Of a DNA stretch of 51,595 nucleotides, positions 42,058 to 51,595 are shown piece by piece. Position 1 is the first letter of the stretch. Each line of letters begins with the position of its first letter. Source of the stretch: Candidatus Ozemobacter sp. GTDB lineage: Bacteria > Muiribacteriota > Ozemobacteria > Ozemobacterales > Ozemobacteraceae. The notes beneath the pieces were generated by a model. It was not told where the DNA came from and did not search any database. It worked only from the letters and a program-made list of their open reading frames with translations. Position numbers and translations under genes: made by a program. The DNA lies in contig JASURT010000001.1 in NCBI GenBank assembly GCA_030446435.1, positions 1 through 51,595 on the forward strand, written 5' to 3'.

Positions 42058-43098
42058 CTTAAAGCTTTTCAGGTAAGATATTAGAAGCTCACTGGTAGCA
42101 TTAAGTCCCTTTAAATGAGTTCTTTCGTTACCGTGCGAGGCAGAAACCCCTGGTCCGATGAGTCCGACTTTTGCATCCAGACCGGCTCTAAGAGCAGCTG
42201 ATCCGTCTGAGCCATAAAATGGAAAAACGTCAGGCTTAAAATTGATTTTATTTTTTCCGGCAAGCTTTATAAGCCGCTTTCGTAAATCGTAATCATAAGG
42301 ACCAGAAGAATCTTTTACACATATAGAAACTGAGTATTCATCTCCGGCAACTCCGTCACCAACCACACCCATATCGACTACCAGAAGTTCTCTGACAGTG
42401 TCAGGTATTCCGGCACATGCACCATGACCGACTTCTTCATAATTCGAGAAAAAGTACATGACCGGTATCTTCTGTAATGCTTTGGCCCCTAGCTTTAAAA
42501 ATGAAGCGATCATTGCGGCACAACCAGCTTTATCATCAAGAAAATGACTCTTCACGAATCCGGTGTCGGTAAACTCAAAATCGGCTTCAAATGCGATAAA
42601 ATCGCCAATTTCTATGCCCAGCTTCCGGGTTTCTTTGGCATTCTTTACTTCGGCATCGAGACGAATATGCATATTTGCATCGTTTCGGGGCATATCTGAG
42701 GCTTTGTTGTTCACATGAGCAGCAGGATTGTTGAGAACAAGGGTTCCGGAAAAGATTTTACCGTTTTCAGCGAAAATGCGCACGGTTTGTCCTTCAAAAG
42801 CAGGCAAGACAGGTCCGCCCAGACGCGTAAAAGACAGGTTACCATCGCTGCGAATCTCTTTTACCATCAACCCAAGAGTATCAACATGACCGGCAATTGC
42901 CAGCTCAGGTTTTGGGTGCGATCCAACAATCAAAGCACCTTTATTGGTATATTTGCAGGCAATTCCAGCTTTTTTGGCGATATTTTCGACATGTTTGAGA
43001 ACATCTTCAGTCATGCCGGTAGGCGAATAAATGTTTGATAATTCTCGCAGAATGCTTACTATCTGAGGCTCTTTGCCGACTTTTTCTTTTCGGGCCAT
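42055..43098 (-). CDS. M42-family metallopeptidase (FrvX/YpdE/glutamyl aminopeptidase-like)
   Basis: IAGHVDTLGLMVKEIRSDGNLSF, FLDDKAGCAAM, SNYEEVGHGA and GPGVSASHGNERTH are the M42 metal-ligand blocks. 347 aa. Confidence 0.85.
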   Translation of the reverse strand: MARKEKVGKEPQIVSILRELSNIYSPTGMTEDVLKHVENIAKKAGIACKYTNKGALIVGSHPKPELAIAGHVDTLGLMVKEIRSDGNLSFTRLGGPVLPAFEGQTVRIFAENGKIFSGTLVLNNPAAHVNNKASDMPRNDANMHIRLDAEVKNAKETRKLGIEIGDFIAFEADFEFTDTGFVKSHFLDDKAGCAAMIASFLKLGAKALQKIPVMYFFSNYEEVGHGACAGIPDTVRELLVVDMGVVGDGVAGDEYSVSICVKDSSGPYDYDLRKRLIKLAGKNKINFKPDVFPFYGSDGSAALRAGLDAKVGLIGPGVSASHGNERTHLKGLNATSELLISYLKSFK

Positions 43099-43249
43099 AA
43101 TAGTTCCTTTCGGGGTTCGATTATGCTGAAAATAGCAGATTTCAACCTGTCAGACAAACATGAATATTTGCTTATATCTGTTTGATTATCTTAAGGAATG
43201 GGTTTAAAGTGGGATTACCATAAAAAATACAAATCGGGGCGAGTGACAA

Positions 43250-43621
43250 ATGGCCAGGGCAATTCAAAATTTATTCGTAAAAGCCTCAGAAATCTGCCGC
43301 AGCAGAGCGACGGCAACTTTCTTTCTCACACTGATGATTGAAGCCGTAACATTGCTTTTTCGCTTCGGGTTTGGCCTTAAATCGACTCAGCATACGGCAT
43401 CTACGGTTGGTCGACTGACATTCGGCATCCGAATTCATCATGGTTACATAGGGCTTCTAATGCTGATAATTCTTGTGATTCCGCGGCTGCGAAAATCTTC
43501 ACTTGAACCCCTGATAACCGTAATTGGCACAAGTCTTTTCGTTTCAGATATTATTCACCATACCATTCTTTATTACGTTACCGGCTCTGCCGATTTAGAC
43601 CTGATTTACCCTAATTACTGA
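43250..43621 (+). CDS. hypothetical small membrane protein, translationally coupled to the first helicase-nuclease gene
   Basis: About 3 hydrophobic segments (TFFLTLMIEAVTLLFRFGF, YIGLLMLIILVIP, LITVIGTSLFV). Its stop overlaps the next ATG (TGATG at 43619-43623). Confidence 0.55.
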   Translation: MARAIQNLFVKASEICRSRATATFFLTLMIEAVTLLFRFGFGLKSTQHTASTVGRLTFGIRIHHGYIGLLMLIILVIPRLRKSSLEPLITVIGTSLFVSDIIHHTILYYVTGSADLDLIYPNY

Positions 43622-46600
43622 TGAGCCTTCAAGAAGACCTTAAACGACTTAATTCTCAACAAGCTGATATAATCAGAAAATTCAACCGGCCATCTCTGGT
43701 TGTTGCCGGACCGGGAACGGGTAAAACCAGAACCGTTTCGGTCTTGATCGGCGATTTACTGCATAAAGACATTCGCCTGAAAGAAATTCTGGCTCTGACC
43801 TTCTCAGACAAAGCCGCCACAGAACTGAGAGAAAGAGTTCTGCAATACTATCCGCACAGCTTTGATGAATGCTGGATCTCAACCTTTCATTCTTTCTGCG
43901 CCAGAATTTTACGCGAACAATATTTCAGAATTTTTATAAAACCAGACTTCAAGCTTCTTACAGGTTTCAAAGAAGCTCTTATGATGTCAGGAATCTGCAA
44001 GAAACAAGATGCAAACGCTTTTTCAGAATTTGGCAAGGTTATGCATAAACGTGGTTTTCAGCAGGAAATTCTGACATTCATATCTCTGCTGAAGTCGAAT
44101 CTTGTCAGCTGTGAAGAATTCGCGGCAACGGTTCAAAAGCTTGAGGACCCGGGCAAGCGAACCAGAACCAGACTTCATGAAATTGCAAATCTTTATCAAC
44201 TTTATGAAAAAGAGCGTATTAAAACCGGTTATCTTGACTTTCGTGATCTGATTTCTTTAACGATCAAGGTCATGCAGATTCCAGAAGTAGCTGCGAGCTA
44301 TCGCAGTAAATTCAAAGTCATTCTCGTAGATGAATTTCAGGATACCGACCCGGCACAGTATTTACTTCTATCTTTGCTGAAAGGTGAAGGCGAGAATGTT
44401 AAGATCGCCGTCATCGGTGACCCCAAACAGAGTATCTACAGATTTCGCGGTGCTGACCCGGGAATGATGACTTTCAACGGACCATTCAGAAAAGAGTTCA
44501 AGGCAAGGGTTTTTCCGCTGCAAATTAATTACCGATGCGCCAGAGAAATTGTCGAAACCGCCATAAGGCTTGACTGGAAAGAAAAGTCTGAAATGGATAA
44601 AAGCCTCGTGGCCTGCAGTGAAAATCAGGGATTCGTCAAACTTTTCAAAGCCCGAGATGAGCTTGAAGAAGCCAGATTTCTAACCAGAAAAATTGCTGCT
44701 CTGCTGATCTACGGCGAAACCCGCAAATACAGGCCGGAAGAAATAGCCATTCTGGTCAGAAACAATTATCAGGTAGATCTTCTGGCCGAAAACCTTCAAG
44801 CGCTGCATATTCCATTCGAGATTGCCGGTGATATGAAATTTTTCAGATCAGAAGAAGTCATTGTTCTGGCTTCAATGCTGAAAATTGCAGCTCTGCAGGG
44901 CAATGAGCGAGAAGAAGCAATGAAAAGGGCTTTTTCATCACCTCTTTTTGAACTTGATCCGCTATGGGTACAGGCCACGCTTACCGAAGCCGGGCCGCAA
45001 AACAGCATGGCTGAGATTCTCGAGAAAATCAGTGAAGAAAAATTTGCTGAGCTTCCCGATGCCTCTGAAGAGCTGAAGGTAAAAGCGGGCTATTTTGCAG
45101 AATCAATCAAGATTCTCGACCAGTGCGCCAGCCTTCCCCTTAACGCGGTGTTCGCCCGACTTTTACTTAGTCTTAAAGGGGTCATGGTAAACCCATCGTC
45201 TGAACCAGCCCGCAACGCACTTCATTTTAGAAACATGATTGCAGATTACTGCGAAATGTTTCTGCGCCAAAATGGCCGAGAAGCACTGGTAAGCGATTTG
45301 ATTTCTGAATTCGATGAATGGCTTACTTATTATGCCTCTACCCTCGAACAAGATCAGACTTTCAGCCAGACCGGGGTAAAGATAATGACCGTTCACCAGT
45401 CAAAGGGGCTCGAGTTTCCCGTTGTCGCTATACCTGGCCTTTGTGAAGGACAGTTTCCGGTGAAATTAAGAGAGAATTTACTGATAAACACAGGCAACAT
45501 CGAACTGCTGAAAAACACATTCAATTCTCAAAATCGGGCGGTCAGCTTTTTCAATCCTTACCCCTGCAATTATGAAGATCATCTCGAAGAAGAACGAAGA
45601 CTGTTTTTTGTTGCGCTTACAAGAGCAAAAGAAGGCGTTATAATGTCTTACCCTCTCAGGCAAGGAACAGATATAGCAATTCCGGCACCATATTTAAAAG
45701 AGGTTGGTTTGATTGCCAGCCATGAAGAAACCGAAACAAGACCGCTTAATATAAGCGAGTTTCGCACCAGACTCGCCTCTTTATCAGTAGAAGATCTTAA
45801 AGAAATTGAACCTCAGCTGCAAACACTTGACAGGCTGATTGACAGCGAAATTTCGGTTCACGGTATCAGGCCACGAAATTTTGAAAAACCAGGGCTCGAC
45901 GAGACCAGTCTGCCAGATAACTTTGTCTTTTCTGCAAGCTCTTTGAAAAACTATGTTGATTGCCCAAGACGCTTCTTCTTTTTGAATATTCTAAAAATAA
46001 AAGACCCGCTTCAGGCCAAACAATCCTGGTTTCAGACCGGAAATGCTTTTCATGCAATTCTTGAAGAACTGCACCGCCCCGGAAGCATATGGGAAAACGG
46101 CAAGCAGCCAGACGATAACGACCTCGAAAAATTGTTCACAGATAAGGCAGTGCCGCACCTTGAAGATTTAGAGTTCTTTCAAAGATACCAGGAAATTGAA
46201 AGCATTAAGCAATCTTTACCTAACTACATCAGCGCAATATTTGAAACGAATCAGCTTCCTCCCAGGCAAACCCGGGGCGTCGAAGAGGGGTTCGAATTCA
46301 CCTTTCACAACCACCGTTTCAGAGGCAGATTCGACCGACTTGTAGAAACAGAAAGCGGCCTTCTGGTAATCGACTACAAAACCACGCAAAATGCAGGCCT
46401 GAGTTCAGAAAAGGTCTTCGAACGGGCCTTTACCGAAAACGAATTCCCGCAGGAGATTCAAATGCCTCTTTATTTGCTGGCATGCAAGCAAATGGGTGCG
46501 AAAAATGCATGCGCGACTCTTCTTTATGTCCGCCAGGACCTCTATAAAAGAAAACATCGTCAAATGCATCCGGGATTCATGCGATCAGCTGCCCTGAATT

Positions 46601-46845
46601 TTGGTTGTGGGCCAGAATATGGTTACGAAGTAGATCAGCAGTCTTTCGCCAGGTTTGAAGATCAATTAAAAATCATCCTGGACGAGATAATGCAGAACAA
46701 AATTTTTGATTGCCGACCTTCAGCCAACCCCGATGCGAGATCATGTCTGAATTTTGATCGCAGCCGCAAACCCAAATGCGAATTTTTCTCTTTCTGCCAG
46801 GAAAGGCTGGAAGAATTGCGTCAGGAGACCTCGACGAATGGCTGA
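43621..46845 (+). CDS. UvrD-like SF1 helicase fused to a PD-(D/E)XK nuclease with Cys cluster (helicase-nuclease subunit 1)
   Basis: Motor motifs: VVAGPGTGKT, DEFQDTD, GDPKQSIYRFRGA, VHQSKGLEFPVV, RRLFFVALTRAKE. Nuclease: CPRRFFF, GNAFHAILE, GRFDRLVETESGLLVIDYKT, QMPLYLLA, and a C-terminal C-x10-C-x5-C (SCLNFDRSRKPKCEFFSFC). Confidence 0.85.
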   Translation: MSLQEDLKRLNSQQADIIRKFNRPSLVVAGPGTGKTRTVSVLIGDLLHKDIRLKEILALTFSDKAATELRERVLQYYPHSFDECWISTFHSFCARILREQYFRIFIKPDFKLLTGFKEALMMSGICKKQDANAFSEFGKVMHKRGFQQEILTFISLLKSNLVSCEEFAATVQKLEDPGKRTRTRLHEIANLYQLYEKERIKTGYLDFRDLISLTIKVMQIPEVAASYRSKFKVILVDEFQDTDPAQYLLLSLLKGEGENVKIAVIGDPKQSIYRFRGADPGMMTFNGPFRKEFKARVFPLQINYRCAREIVETAIRLDWKEKSEMDKSLVACSENQGFVKLFKARDELEEARFLTRKIAALLIYGETRKYRPEEIAILVRNNYQVDLLAENLQALHIPFEIAGDMKFFRSEEVIVLASMLKIAALQGNEREEAMKRAFSSPLFELDPLWVQATLTEAGPQNSMAEILEKISEEKFAELPDASEELKVKAGYFAESIKILDQCASLPLNAVFARLLLSLKGVMVNPSSEPARNALHFRNMIADYCEMFLRQNGREALVSDLISEFDEWLTYYASTLEQDQTFSQTGVKIMTVHQSKGLEFPVVAIPGLCEGQFPVKLRENLLINTGNIELLKNTFNSQNRAVSFFNPYPCNYEDHLEEERRLFFVALTRAKEGVIMSYPLRQGTDIAIPAPYLKEVGLIASHEETETRPLNISEFRTRLASLSVEDLKEIEPQLQTLDRLIDSEISVHGIRPRNFEKPGLDETSLPDNFVFSASSLKNYVDCPRRFFFLNILKIKDPLQAKQSWFQTGNAFHAILEELHRPGSIWENGKQPDDNDLEKLFTDKAVPHLEDLEFFQRYQEIESIKQSLPNYISAIFETNQLPPRQTRGVEEGFEFTFHNHRFRGRFDRLVETESGLLVIDYKTTQNAGLSSEKVFERAFTENEFPQEIQMPLYLLACKQMGAKNACATLLYVRQDLYKRKHRQMHPGFMRSAALNFGCGPEYGYEVDQQSFARFEDQLKIILDEIMQNKIFDCRPSANPDARSCLNFDRSRKPKCEFFSFCQERLEELRQETSTNG

Positions 46846-49800
46846 TATGAAAAAACTTCTGGAAGGGTTGACTGAAGATCAGAAAAAGGCGGTGTTCGCC
46901 CCCCCTCAGGGCTGGTTGAGAATTGCCGCAGGAGCCGGCTCGGGCAAAACCGAGGTTCTGACAAGAAGAATCATGGGTATGCTTGCATCAGGGGTTAATC
47001 CTGAAGAGCTGGTAGCGATTACCTACACACAAAAAGCCGCCGCTGAAATGAAAAGCAGATTGGTAGAGCGACGAAAATTACCCCCGTATCTTCTTCGCGA
47101 CATGAGAGTGTCTACATTTCATGCTTTCATTGGTGATTTCATAAAGCAAGATCCGTTCGGCGCGGGCATTGACCGTTCGGACGCAGTAATTTCAGAAAAT
47201 GACCGACAGCTGATTCTTGCAGAATTGAAAGAAAAATTTGCCGAATTGCACGGCACCGAAATAATTTCCGGCCCGGAAAGCCTTGGCGCAGGTGCAGCCG
47301 CCAGATTGATCAAGGAATTTCCCGATGCTCTTGGAAAAATTCGCCGCTTTCTTTTGAAGCCGGCAGAATTTTACAATCTGACCCGAAGTCGGTTCAAAAA
47401 ACGAGGCGCCGAGGTAACTCAACTTGAGAAAAACACACTTGAATGGTTGTTTCGCTTTTCAACTTACTTCATTGAAGAACTACAAAATCGCAGTTTGCTC
47501 GATTTCGATGAAATATTAATCAAAGGCAGAAGCCTGGTTAAAGATATGGTTGAGAACGGCGATAAGCCGGCACAAAAGGTGTTTCTCATCGATGAATTTC
47601 AGGACAATAACCCGGATCAGCTCGAAATTGTCAAATTGTTTGCGGGGCAGAACGAGGGTCATATTACTGTTGTCGGCGACGAAAAACAAAGCATCTACAG
47701 GTTTCAGGGAGCTGATGTCTCTACTTTCAGAAATTTTGCCAGCAATGATGATATAATTCTGGTCGATAATTTTCGTTCATATTCAGAAATTATCGAACTA
47801 GCCGACAGTTATCTGCAAATCGGCGGAGACACGGGAAAATTGACCGTTCCTCAGGTCGCTTTTCGGGGCAACTCTCCGCGCAAACCGCCGGTGGTCTGTT
47901 TAACAACGCCTGATGCAATGACCGATGAAGAAGTTTGCAATCAGATGACTGATTTCATCAAAGAAATCGTCGATTCGGGCATGTCAATATTTGACCGTAA
48001 AACCAATGAAGAGCGATGCATAAAATATGGCGACATTGCCATAATTCTCGGCAGCGTAAAATCATTACCTTCAGACTTTGAAGATGCTCTGGCAATGCGA
48101 CAGATACCCTATGTAATGTCAGGGGGCTTCAGCTTTTACGCCCGAAGCGAAATTGAAGAAATAATGTCGTTTTTGAAACTTCTGGTTCAACCTGATGACG
48201 ATTATTCAGTAACCAAGATTCTTACCGGCCCGCTTTACGGGCTAAAGGATTCAGAGATTGCCGGGCTGGCTCTGGCGGGAAGAAACGAAAAAACTTCACT
48301 GCTTCCGCACATTCTTGCCCAAAAAGATAGCTTACTGCCTCAAGCGGCGATTGAATTCAGAAAACTCTTTCTTTATCTGAAAAACAGAAGTTCGCGACCC
48401 GGCTTGCTTGAACTTTGCCACACCATACTTGAACAGGCCGGATTTTACGAATTTGCGGCAGTACAGAAGTCAGAACTTAAACGCCGAAGAATGGAAAATA
48501 ATCTGAACAAGTTTCTCGCGATAGTTCGAAACTTTGAGCAAAACGGAATTTTCACTTCATTGAGAGATTTTCTCAATCATATAGAAAAAGTTCTTCTTTC
48601 GGGCATCGATGAAGACGAAGCGGGTCTTGGACTTGAAGAGGGCGACGCGATCAAGATTCTCACCATTCATAAGTCAAAGGGCCTTGAATTTCCAATAGTT
48701 TTTTGCCCCTTTTTAAAAGCAAGACATTACAAAGCTGACGCAAAGATATACTTCGATCCCCAAAACGGCCTGATGGTTGCAGACCCAGAGCAGAAAAACC
48801 GCAAAGGTTTTACCGAAACACTGCTGAAGCATGTAGAGGAAGATCGGCTTGCTGCAGAGTCAGAAGACCGGCGTAAACTTTATGTCGCCTTCACCAGAGC
48901 AGAAGACCTTTTAGTTGTAAGTGGTGAAGAAAGCAGAAGTGTTCTATCAGAAGAGAATGAATCTAAATCTGTTGCTGAACCCCTGGCCGAAATTAAATCG
49001 ATAATTGAAAGCAAACCCGACCTGGGCCTGTGTAAAACTTTGTCAGATTGGCCGAAAGTGCTTGAAAAATGGCTTGAACATGGAACCAGGCAAGAACCCG
49101 AAGCCAAATCCGATTCAATCCTGCAAACTGATTTAAATGAAATTAAAAGTCAGCTTGGCAACATGACTGATTTTCTTGCGCAAACACCAACAGGTAAGGC
49201 CGAAGAAAAGCCGGTCGAGGACATTTTTTCACTACAGGATCTTGGGCTTTATAATAACTGTCCGCGCAAATATTTTTTTACCAGCCGACATATAAACTCA
49301 TTTTCTGAAAAACAGGTCAGCTATTCAGGTCTGGCCGGCACCATTTTTCACGAAACGGCAAGAATTTTTCATGAAAAATCTGGTCATGAGCTTCACAGCA
49401 TTGTAGAAAAAGTCAGACTTGCAGATGTAATAATCTCTGACCTGTGTGAACTGCACGAAGAAGACGGGAAACTGGTAAAAGCAAAGGTGCATCGTTTGTT
49501 CAGAACCTATCTTGAGTCTGAACTTTCGAGTCGAAAACCCTGGCAGCTAGAAGCAGAAGTAAATATAAAATTCTCGGCACCCACAGCCCCGTTCTTTTTA
49601 CGAGGATTTGCCGACCGGGTTGAAAAAGAGGGTGCAGAAGTCAGAATAATCGACTTTAAAACCCGAAGCTACCTTCCTGAAGTTCACGAAAAATATTCAG
49701 ACCAGCTTGCCCTTTACATGATCGCTGCCACCCGCGGGGTTTTAGGCGAAACCGGAAAACTGAATTTTGCCAGCGCTTACATTGCATATCTGGATGAAGC

Positions 49801-49990
49801 AAAACTTAGACTTGTGGAGCTTAACCCTGATTTGATCGCCTTCGAGAAATACGCGATTGAAACCGTAGAAAAAATTCGCAATGATAAAACATGGCTGCCA
49901 AACCCTGAAACTGATTGTGAAAGCTGCGGATTCGCCGTTCTTTGTCACCAATCTTCACAGACAAATTCTTCACAATCAGATTCATCATAA
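46838..49990 (+). CDS. UvrD-like SF1 helicase fused to a Cas4/AddB-type Fe-S PD-(D/E)XK nuclease (helicase-nuclease subunit 2)
   Basis: Motor motifs: IAAGAGSGKT, DEFQDNN, GDEKQSIYRFQGA, IHKSKGLEFPIV, RRKLYVAFTRAED. Nuclease: CPRKYFF, GTIFHETA, GFADRVEKEGAEVRIIDFKT, QLALYMIA, CESCGFAVLC (C-x2-C-x5-C). Start taken at ATG 46838 or 46847, not the ORF-track 46754. Confidence 0.85.
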   Translation: MADMKKLLEGLTEDQKKAVFAPPQGWLRIAAGAGSGKTEVLTRRIMGMLASGVNPEELVAITYTQKAAAEMKSRLVERRKLPPYLLRDMRVSTFHAFIGDFIKQDPFGAGIDRSDAVISENDRQLILAELKEKFAELHGTEIISGPESLGAGAAARLIKEFPDALGKIRRFLLKPAEFYNLTRSRFKKRGAEVTQLEKNTLEWLFRFSTYFIEELQNRSLLDFDEILIKGRSLVKDMVENGDKPAQKVFLIDEFQDNNPDQLEIVKLFAGQNEGHITVVGDEKQSIYRFQGADVSTFRNFASNDDIILVDNFRSYSEIIELADSYLQIGGDTGKLTVPQVAFRGNSPRKPPVVCLTTPDAMTDEEVCNQMTDFIKEIVDSGMSIFDRKTNEERCIKYGDIAIILGSVKSLPSDFEDALAMRQIPYVMSGGFSFYARSEIEEIMSFLKLLVQPDDDYSVTKILTGPLYGLKDSEIAGLALAGRNEKTSLLPHILAQKDSLLPQAAIEFRKLFLYLKNRSSRPGLLELCHTILEQAGFYEFAAVQKSELKRRRMENNLNKFLAIVRNFEQNGIFTSLRDFLNHIEKVLLSGIDEDEAGLGLEEGDAIKILTIHKSKGLEFPIVFCPFLKARHYKADAKIYFDPQNGLMVADPEQKNRKGFTETLLKHVEEDRLAAESEDRRKLYVAFTRAEDLLVVSGEESRSVLSEENESKSVAEPLAEIKSIIESKPDLGLCKTLSDWPKVLEKWLEHGTRQEPEAKSDSILQTDLNEIKSQLGNMTDFLAQTPTGKAEEKPVEDIFSLQDLGLYNNCPRKYFFTSRHINSFSEKQVSYSGLAGTIFHETARIFHEKSGHELHSIVEKVRLADVIISDLCELHEEDGKLVKAKVHRLFRTYLESELSSRKPWQLEAEVNIKFSAPTAPFFLRGFADRVEKEGAEVRIIDFKTRSYLPEVHEKYSDQLALYMIAATRGVLGETGKLNFASAYIAYLDEAKLRLVELNPDLIAFEKYAIETVEKIRNDKTWLPNPETDCESCGFAVLCHQSSQTNSSQSDSS

Positions 49991-50079
49991 AAGTTGCATT
50001 ATAACTGTAGCAATGCTATATATTCAGCAAATTCAAGAACTCTTTTTTTCAAATATTAACAGGAAAAGGAAAGACAACC

Positions 50080-51060
50080 ATGGCATTTAATTTGATTGGA
50101 CGAAGCCTTCTTACACTCAAAGATTTTACTCCTGACGAAATTCGTTATCTGCTTAACCTGTCAGCCGACCTTAAGCGCATGAAATATGCAGGTATCAAGC
50201 CAAGAAACCTTGAAGGAAAAAACATCGCTCTCATTTTTGAAAAGCCTTCAACCAGAACCAGATGTGCCTTTGTCGTGGCCTGTTATGACGAAGGTGCCCA
50301 CCCTGAATATCTTGGTAAGGGCGACATTCAGATTGGCAAAAAAGAAACCGTAAAAGATACCGCAAGAGTGCTTGGAAGAATGTTCGACGCGATACAATTC
50401 AGAGGTTTCAAACATGAAACCGTAGAAACACTTGCAAAATACGCCGGCGTTCCAGTCTGGAACGGTCTGACCGATCAGTATCACCCGACTCAGATTCTCG
50501 CTGACCTGCTTACAATCGAAGAATACTTCGGCACACTCAAAGGAATCACCTTCGCATACGTTGGCGACGGCCGCAACAACATGGCCAATTCTCTGATGAT
50601 CGGTTGCGCCAAAATGGGTATGGAATGCCGCATCGTATCACCAAAAAGCTTGTTCCCTGAAAAATCACTGGTTAAAGAAGTCGAGAAAATCGCCGCAGAA
50701 ACCGGCGCTAAGATTGTCGTAACTGATGATGTAGCCAAAGGCGTAAAAGGCGCCGATGTTCTTTATACCGATGTTTGGGCCAGCATGGGCGAAGAAGCCG
50801 AAATGGCAAAACGCATCAAGCTGCTGAAGCCCTATCAGGTAAACATGAAAATGCTCAAAATGACAGGCAAAGAAAAACCCCTGTTCTTGCATTGTCTGCC
50901 CGCATTCCATAACGATGACACCGAAGTTTCAAAAGACGTTGGTGCAATGGAAGTCACTGAAGAAGTATTCGAAAGCAAATACTCAAGGGTTTTTGACCAG
51001 GCCGAAAACCGTCTGCATACAATCAAGGCAGTTATGGTTGCAACTCTGGGTTCAAAATAA
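50080..51060 (+). CDS. argF: ornithine carbamoyltransferase
   Basis: [30 protein letters not shown] and [11 protein letters not shown]...[33 protein letters not shown] closely follow E. coli ArgI/ArgF-type OTC. An anabolic versus catabolic role cannot be decided. Confidence 0.9.
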   Translation: MAFNLIGRSLLTLKDFTPDEIRYLLNLSADLKRMKYAGIKPRNLEGKNIALIFEKPSTRTRCAFVVACYDEGAHPEYLGKGDIQIGKKETVKDTARVLGRMFDAIQFRGFKHETVETLAKYAGVPVWNGLTDQYHPTQILADLLTIEEYFGTLKGITFAYVGDGRNNMANSLMIGCAKMGMECRIVSPKSLFPEKSLVKEVEKIAAETGAKIVVTDDVAKGVKGADVLYTDVWASMGEEAEMAKRIKLLKPYQVNMKMLKMTGKEKPLFLHCLPAFHNDDTEVSKDVGAMEVTEEVFESKYSRVFDQAENRLHTIKAVMVATLGSK

Positions 51061-51095
51061 CTGATCTGAAAACTTAAAATACCTGGAAACTGAAT

Positions 51096-51140
51096 CCGGC
51101 CATGTAGACATTTAAAAGTGTCTTCATGGCCGGTTTTATT
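51096..51140 (+). terminator. rho-independent terminator after the OTC gene
   Basis: CCGGCCATGTAGACA (51096-51110) pairs with TGTCTTCATGGCCGG (51119-51133) with one mismatch, followed by TTTTATTATTT. Confidence 0.7.
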
Positions 51141-51198
51141 ATTTCTGAGGTTTTAAACACCATTAATAAAGCGTTCACATAAAAAGAGATAGCTTTAT

Positions 51199-51595
51199 TT
51201 AATCAAGCAACTTCAGCTCTGCTGAAAGTTTTTGCATCTCTTCGCTGTCCTGACGCCGGGCAGCATCATAATAGAGCTTCAAAATTCTCTGGCGGGCAGC
51301 ATTGTTGTTTTGCGAACTTTCTACCTTTATTTCAGGCTCAACAAAAGGGTTAACCGTCTTTTCAGACTCATTTTCTGCGGTCTGAACCGAGACCTCGTCT
51401 TGAACGGGCTGGTTCGGTGGCTCTGTGACAAAGGTTCCGAGATTTTTTTCAAGGCTTTTGTCAAATTTCTTTTCGCCAAAAACCGCCATTGCTCCAACAT
51501 GATCAGCAACAACGTCTTCTTTGCTTCTTGAACCATCAGGGTTGAGAAAAGAACCGTCAATGGCCTCTTTTATCAATCCGACGGCCATGGTAATT
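51199..51595 (-). CDS. hypothetical protein, probably 5'-truncated by the window edge
   Basis: The ORF is open from 51588 to the right edge (upstream codons ATT ACC, no stop), so the listed Met may be internal. The C-terminus is a charged/coiled region. No family recognised. Confidence 0.45.
   Translation of the reverse strand, partial: ITMAVGLIKEAIDGSFLNPDGSRSKEDVVADHVGAMAVFGEKKFDKSLEKNLGTFVTEPPNQPVQDEVSVQTAENESEKTVNPFVEPEIKVESSQNNNAARQRILKLYYDAARRQDSEEMQKLSAELKLLD

Noticed and set aside
46754-46837. Upstream start (46754) for the second helicase-nuclease gene, giving a 92-nt overlap
   Set aside because: The extra 28 residues are read out of the C-terminal Cys-cluster coding region of subunit 1. 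The conserved N-terminus (MADMKKLLEGLTEDQKKAV) begins at 46838 or 46847.
43621-49990. Helicase-nuclease pair as a phage-defence island (Gabija-, Nhi- or Hachiman-like)
   Set aside because: The size, paired architecture and AddB/Cas4-type nuclease motifs fit a housekeeping AddAB/AdnAB-class resection enzyme better. The neighbours are metabolic genes (M42 peptidase, OTC), and no other defence or mobile genes are nearby.
49996-50037. Possible ArgR operator upstream of the OTC gene: inverted GCATT...AATGC (49996-50016) and AAATTCAAG (50029-50037), resembling half of an ARG/AhrC box
   Set aside because: Only a half-site matches the TGAAT-W4-ATTCA palindrome. The other half (ATATTCAGC) is a direct rather than inverted repeat, and the inverted-repeat arms are only 5 bp. 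This is too weak to call.
1-51595. Visual scan for CRISPR arrays, rRNA/tRNA genes, IS elements, integrases and long direct or inverted nucleotide repeats
   Set aside because: The intergenic space is tiny (the largest gaps are about 100-280 nt) and contains only promoter- or terminator-like sequence. No repeat-spacer periodicity, tRNA-like cloverleaf candidates or transposase/integrase-like translations were seen. This was not an exhaustive computational search.

Overview
Dense, almost gap-free chromosomal window with about 40 credible genes on both strands. It appears to come from a motile diderm bacterium of a poorly characterised lineage. By eye I saw no rRNA, tRNA, CRISPR array, transposase, integrase or prophage content. 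All homology calls rest on motifs I recognised by reading the translations; no searches were run.

Left part: gpmI (cut by the window edge and missing from the supplied ORF track), pth, cheC-cheD-x-fliA, a HAMP protein, rlpA, a 4xLysM/M23 peptidase followed by an envelope operon (OM-barrel / FecR-like / Fn3 lipoprotein), murC, and a B3/4-domain protein.

Middle part: an odd minus-strand operon, the classic alpha-2-macroglobulin/PbpC pair, and a CotH-VTC-DUF4956 cluster. The operon encodes a secreted alkaline-phosphatase-fold pseudoenzyme, a DnaB-C/RecA-like ATPase with a possibly AEP-primase-like N-domain, and an acylphosphatase. The CotH cluster is extended by a signal-peptide-bearing CYTH-like protein.

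Right part: the best candidate for an undescribed system is a translationally coupled eight-gene locus (31909-42006). Three pseudopilin-like genes are interleaved with three Skp/OmpH-like paralogs, and the locus ends in a 1602-aa secreted protein. No pilus or T2SS assembly machinery is present in the window. After it come an M42 peptidase, a twin UvrD-motor/Fe-S-nuclease pair, ornithine carbamoyltransferase and an edge-truncated ORF.

Several genes that lack a Shine-Dalgarno motif have promoter-like hexamers directly abutting their start codons, so they may be leaderless.
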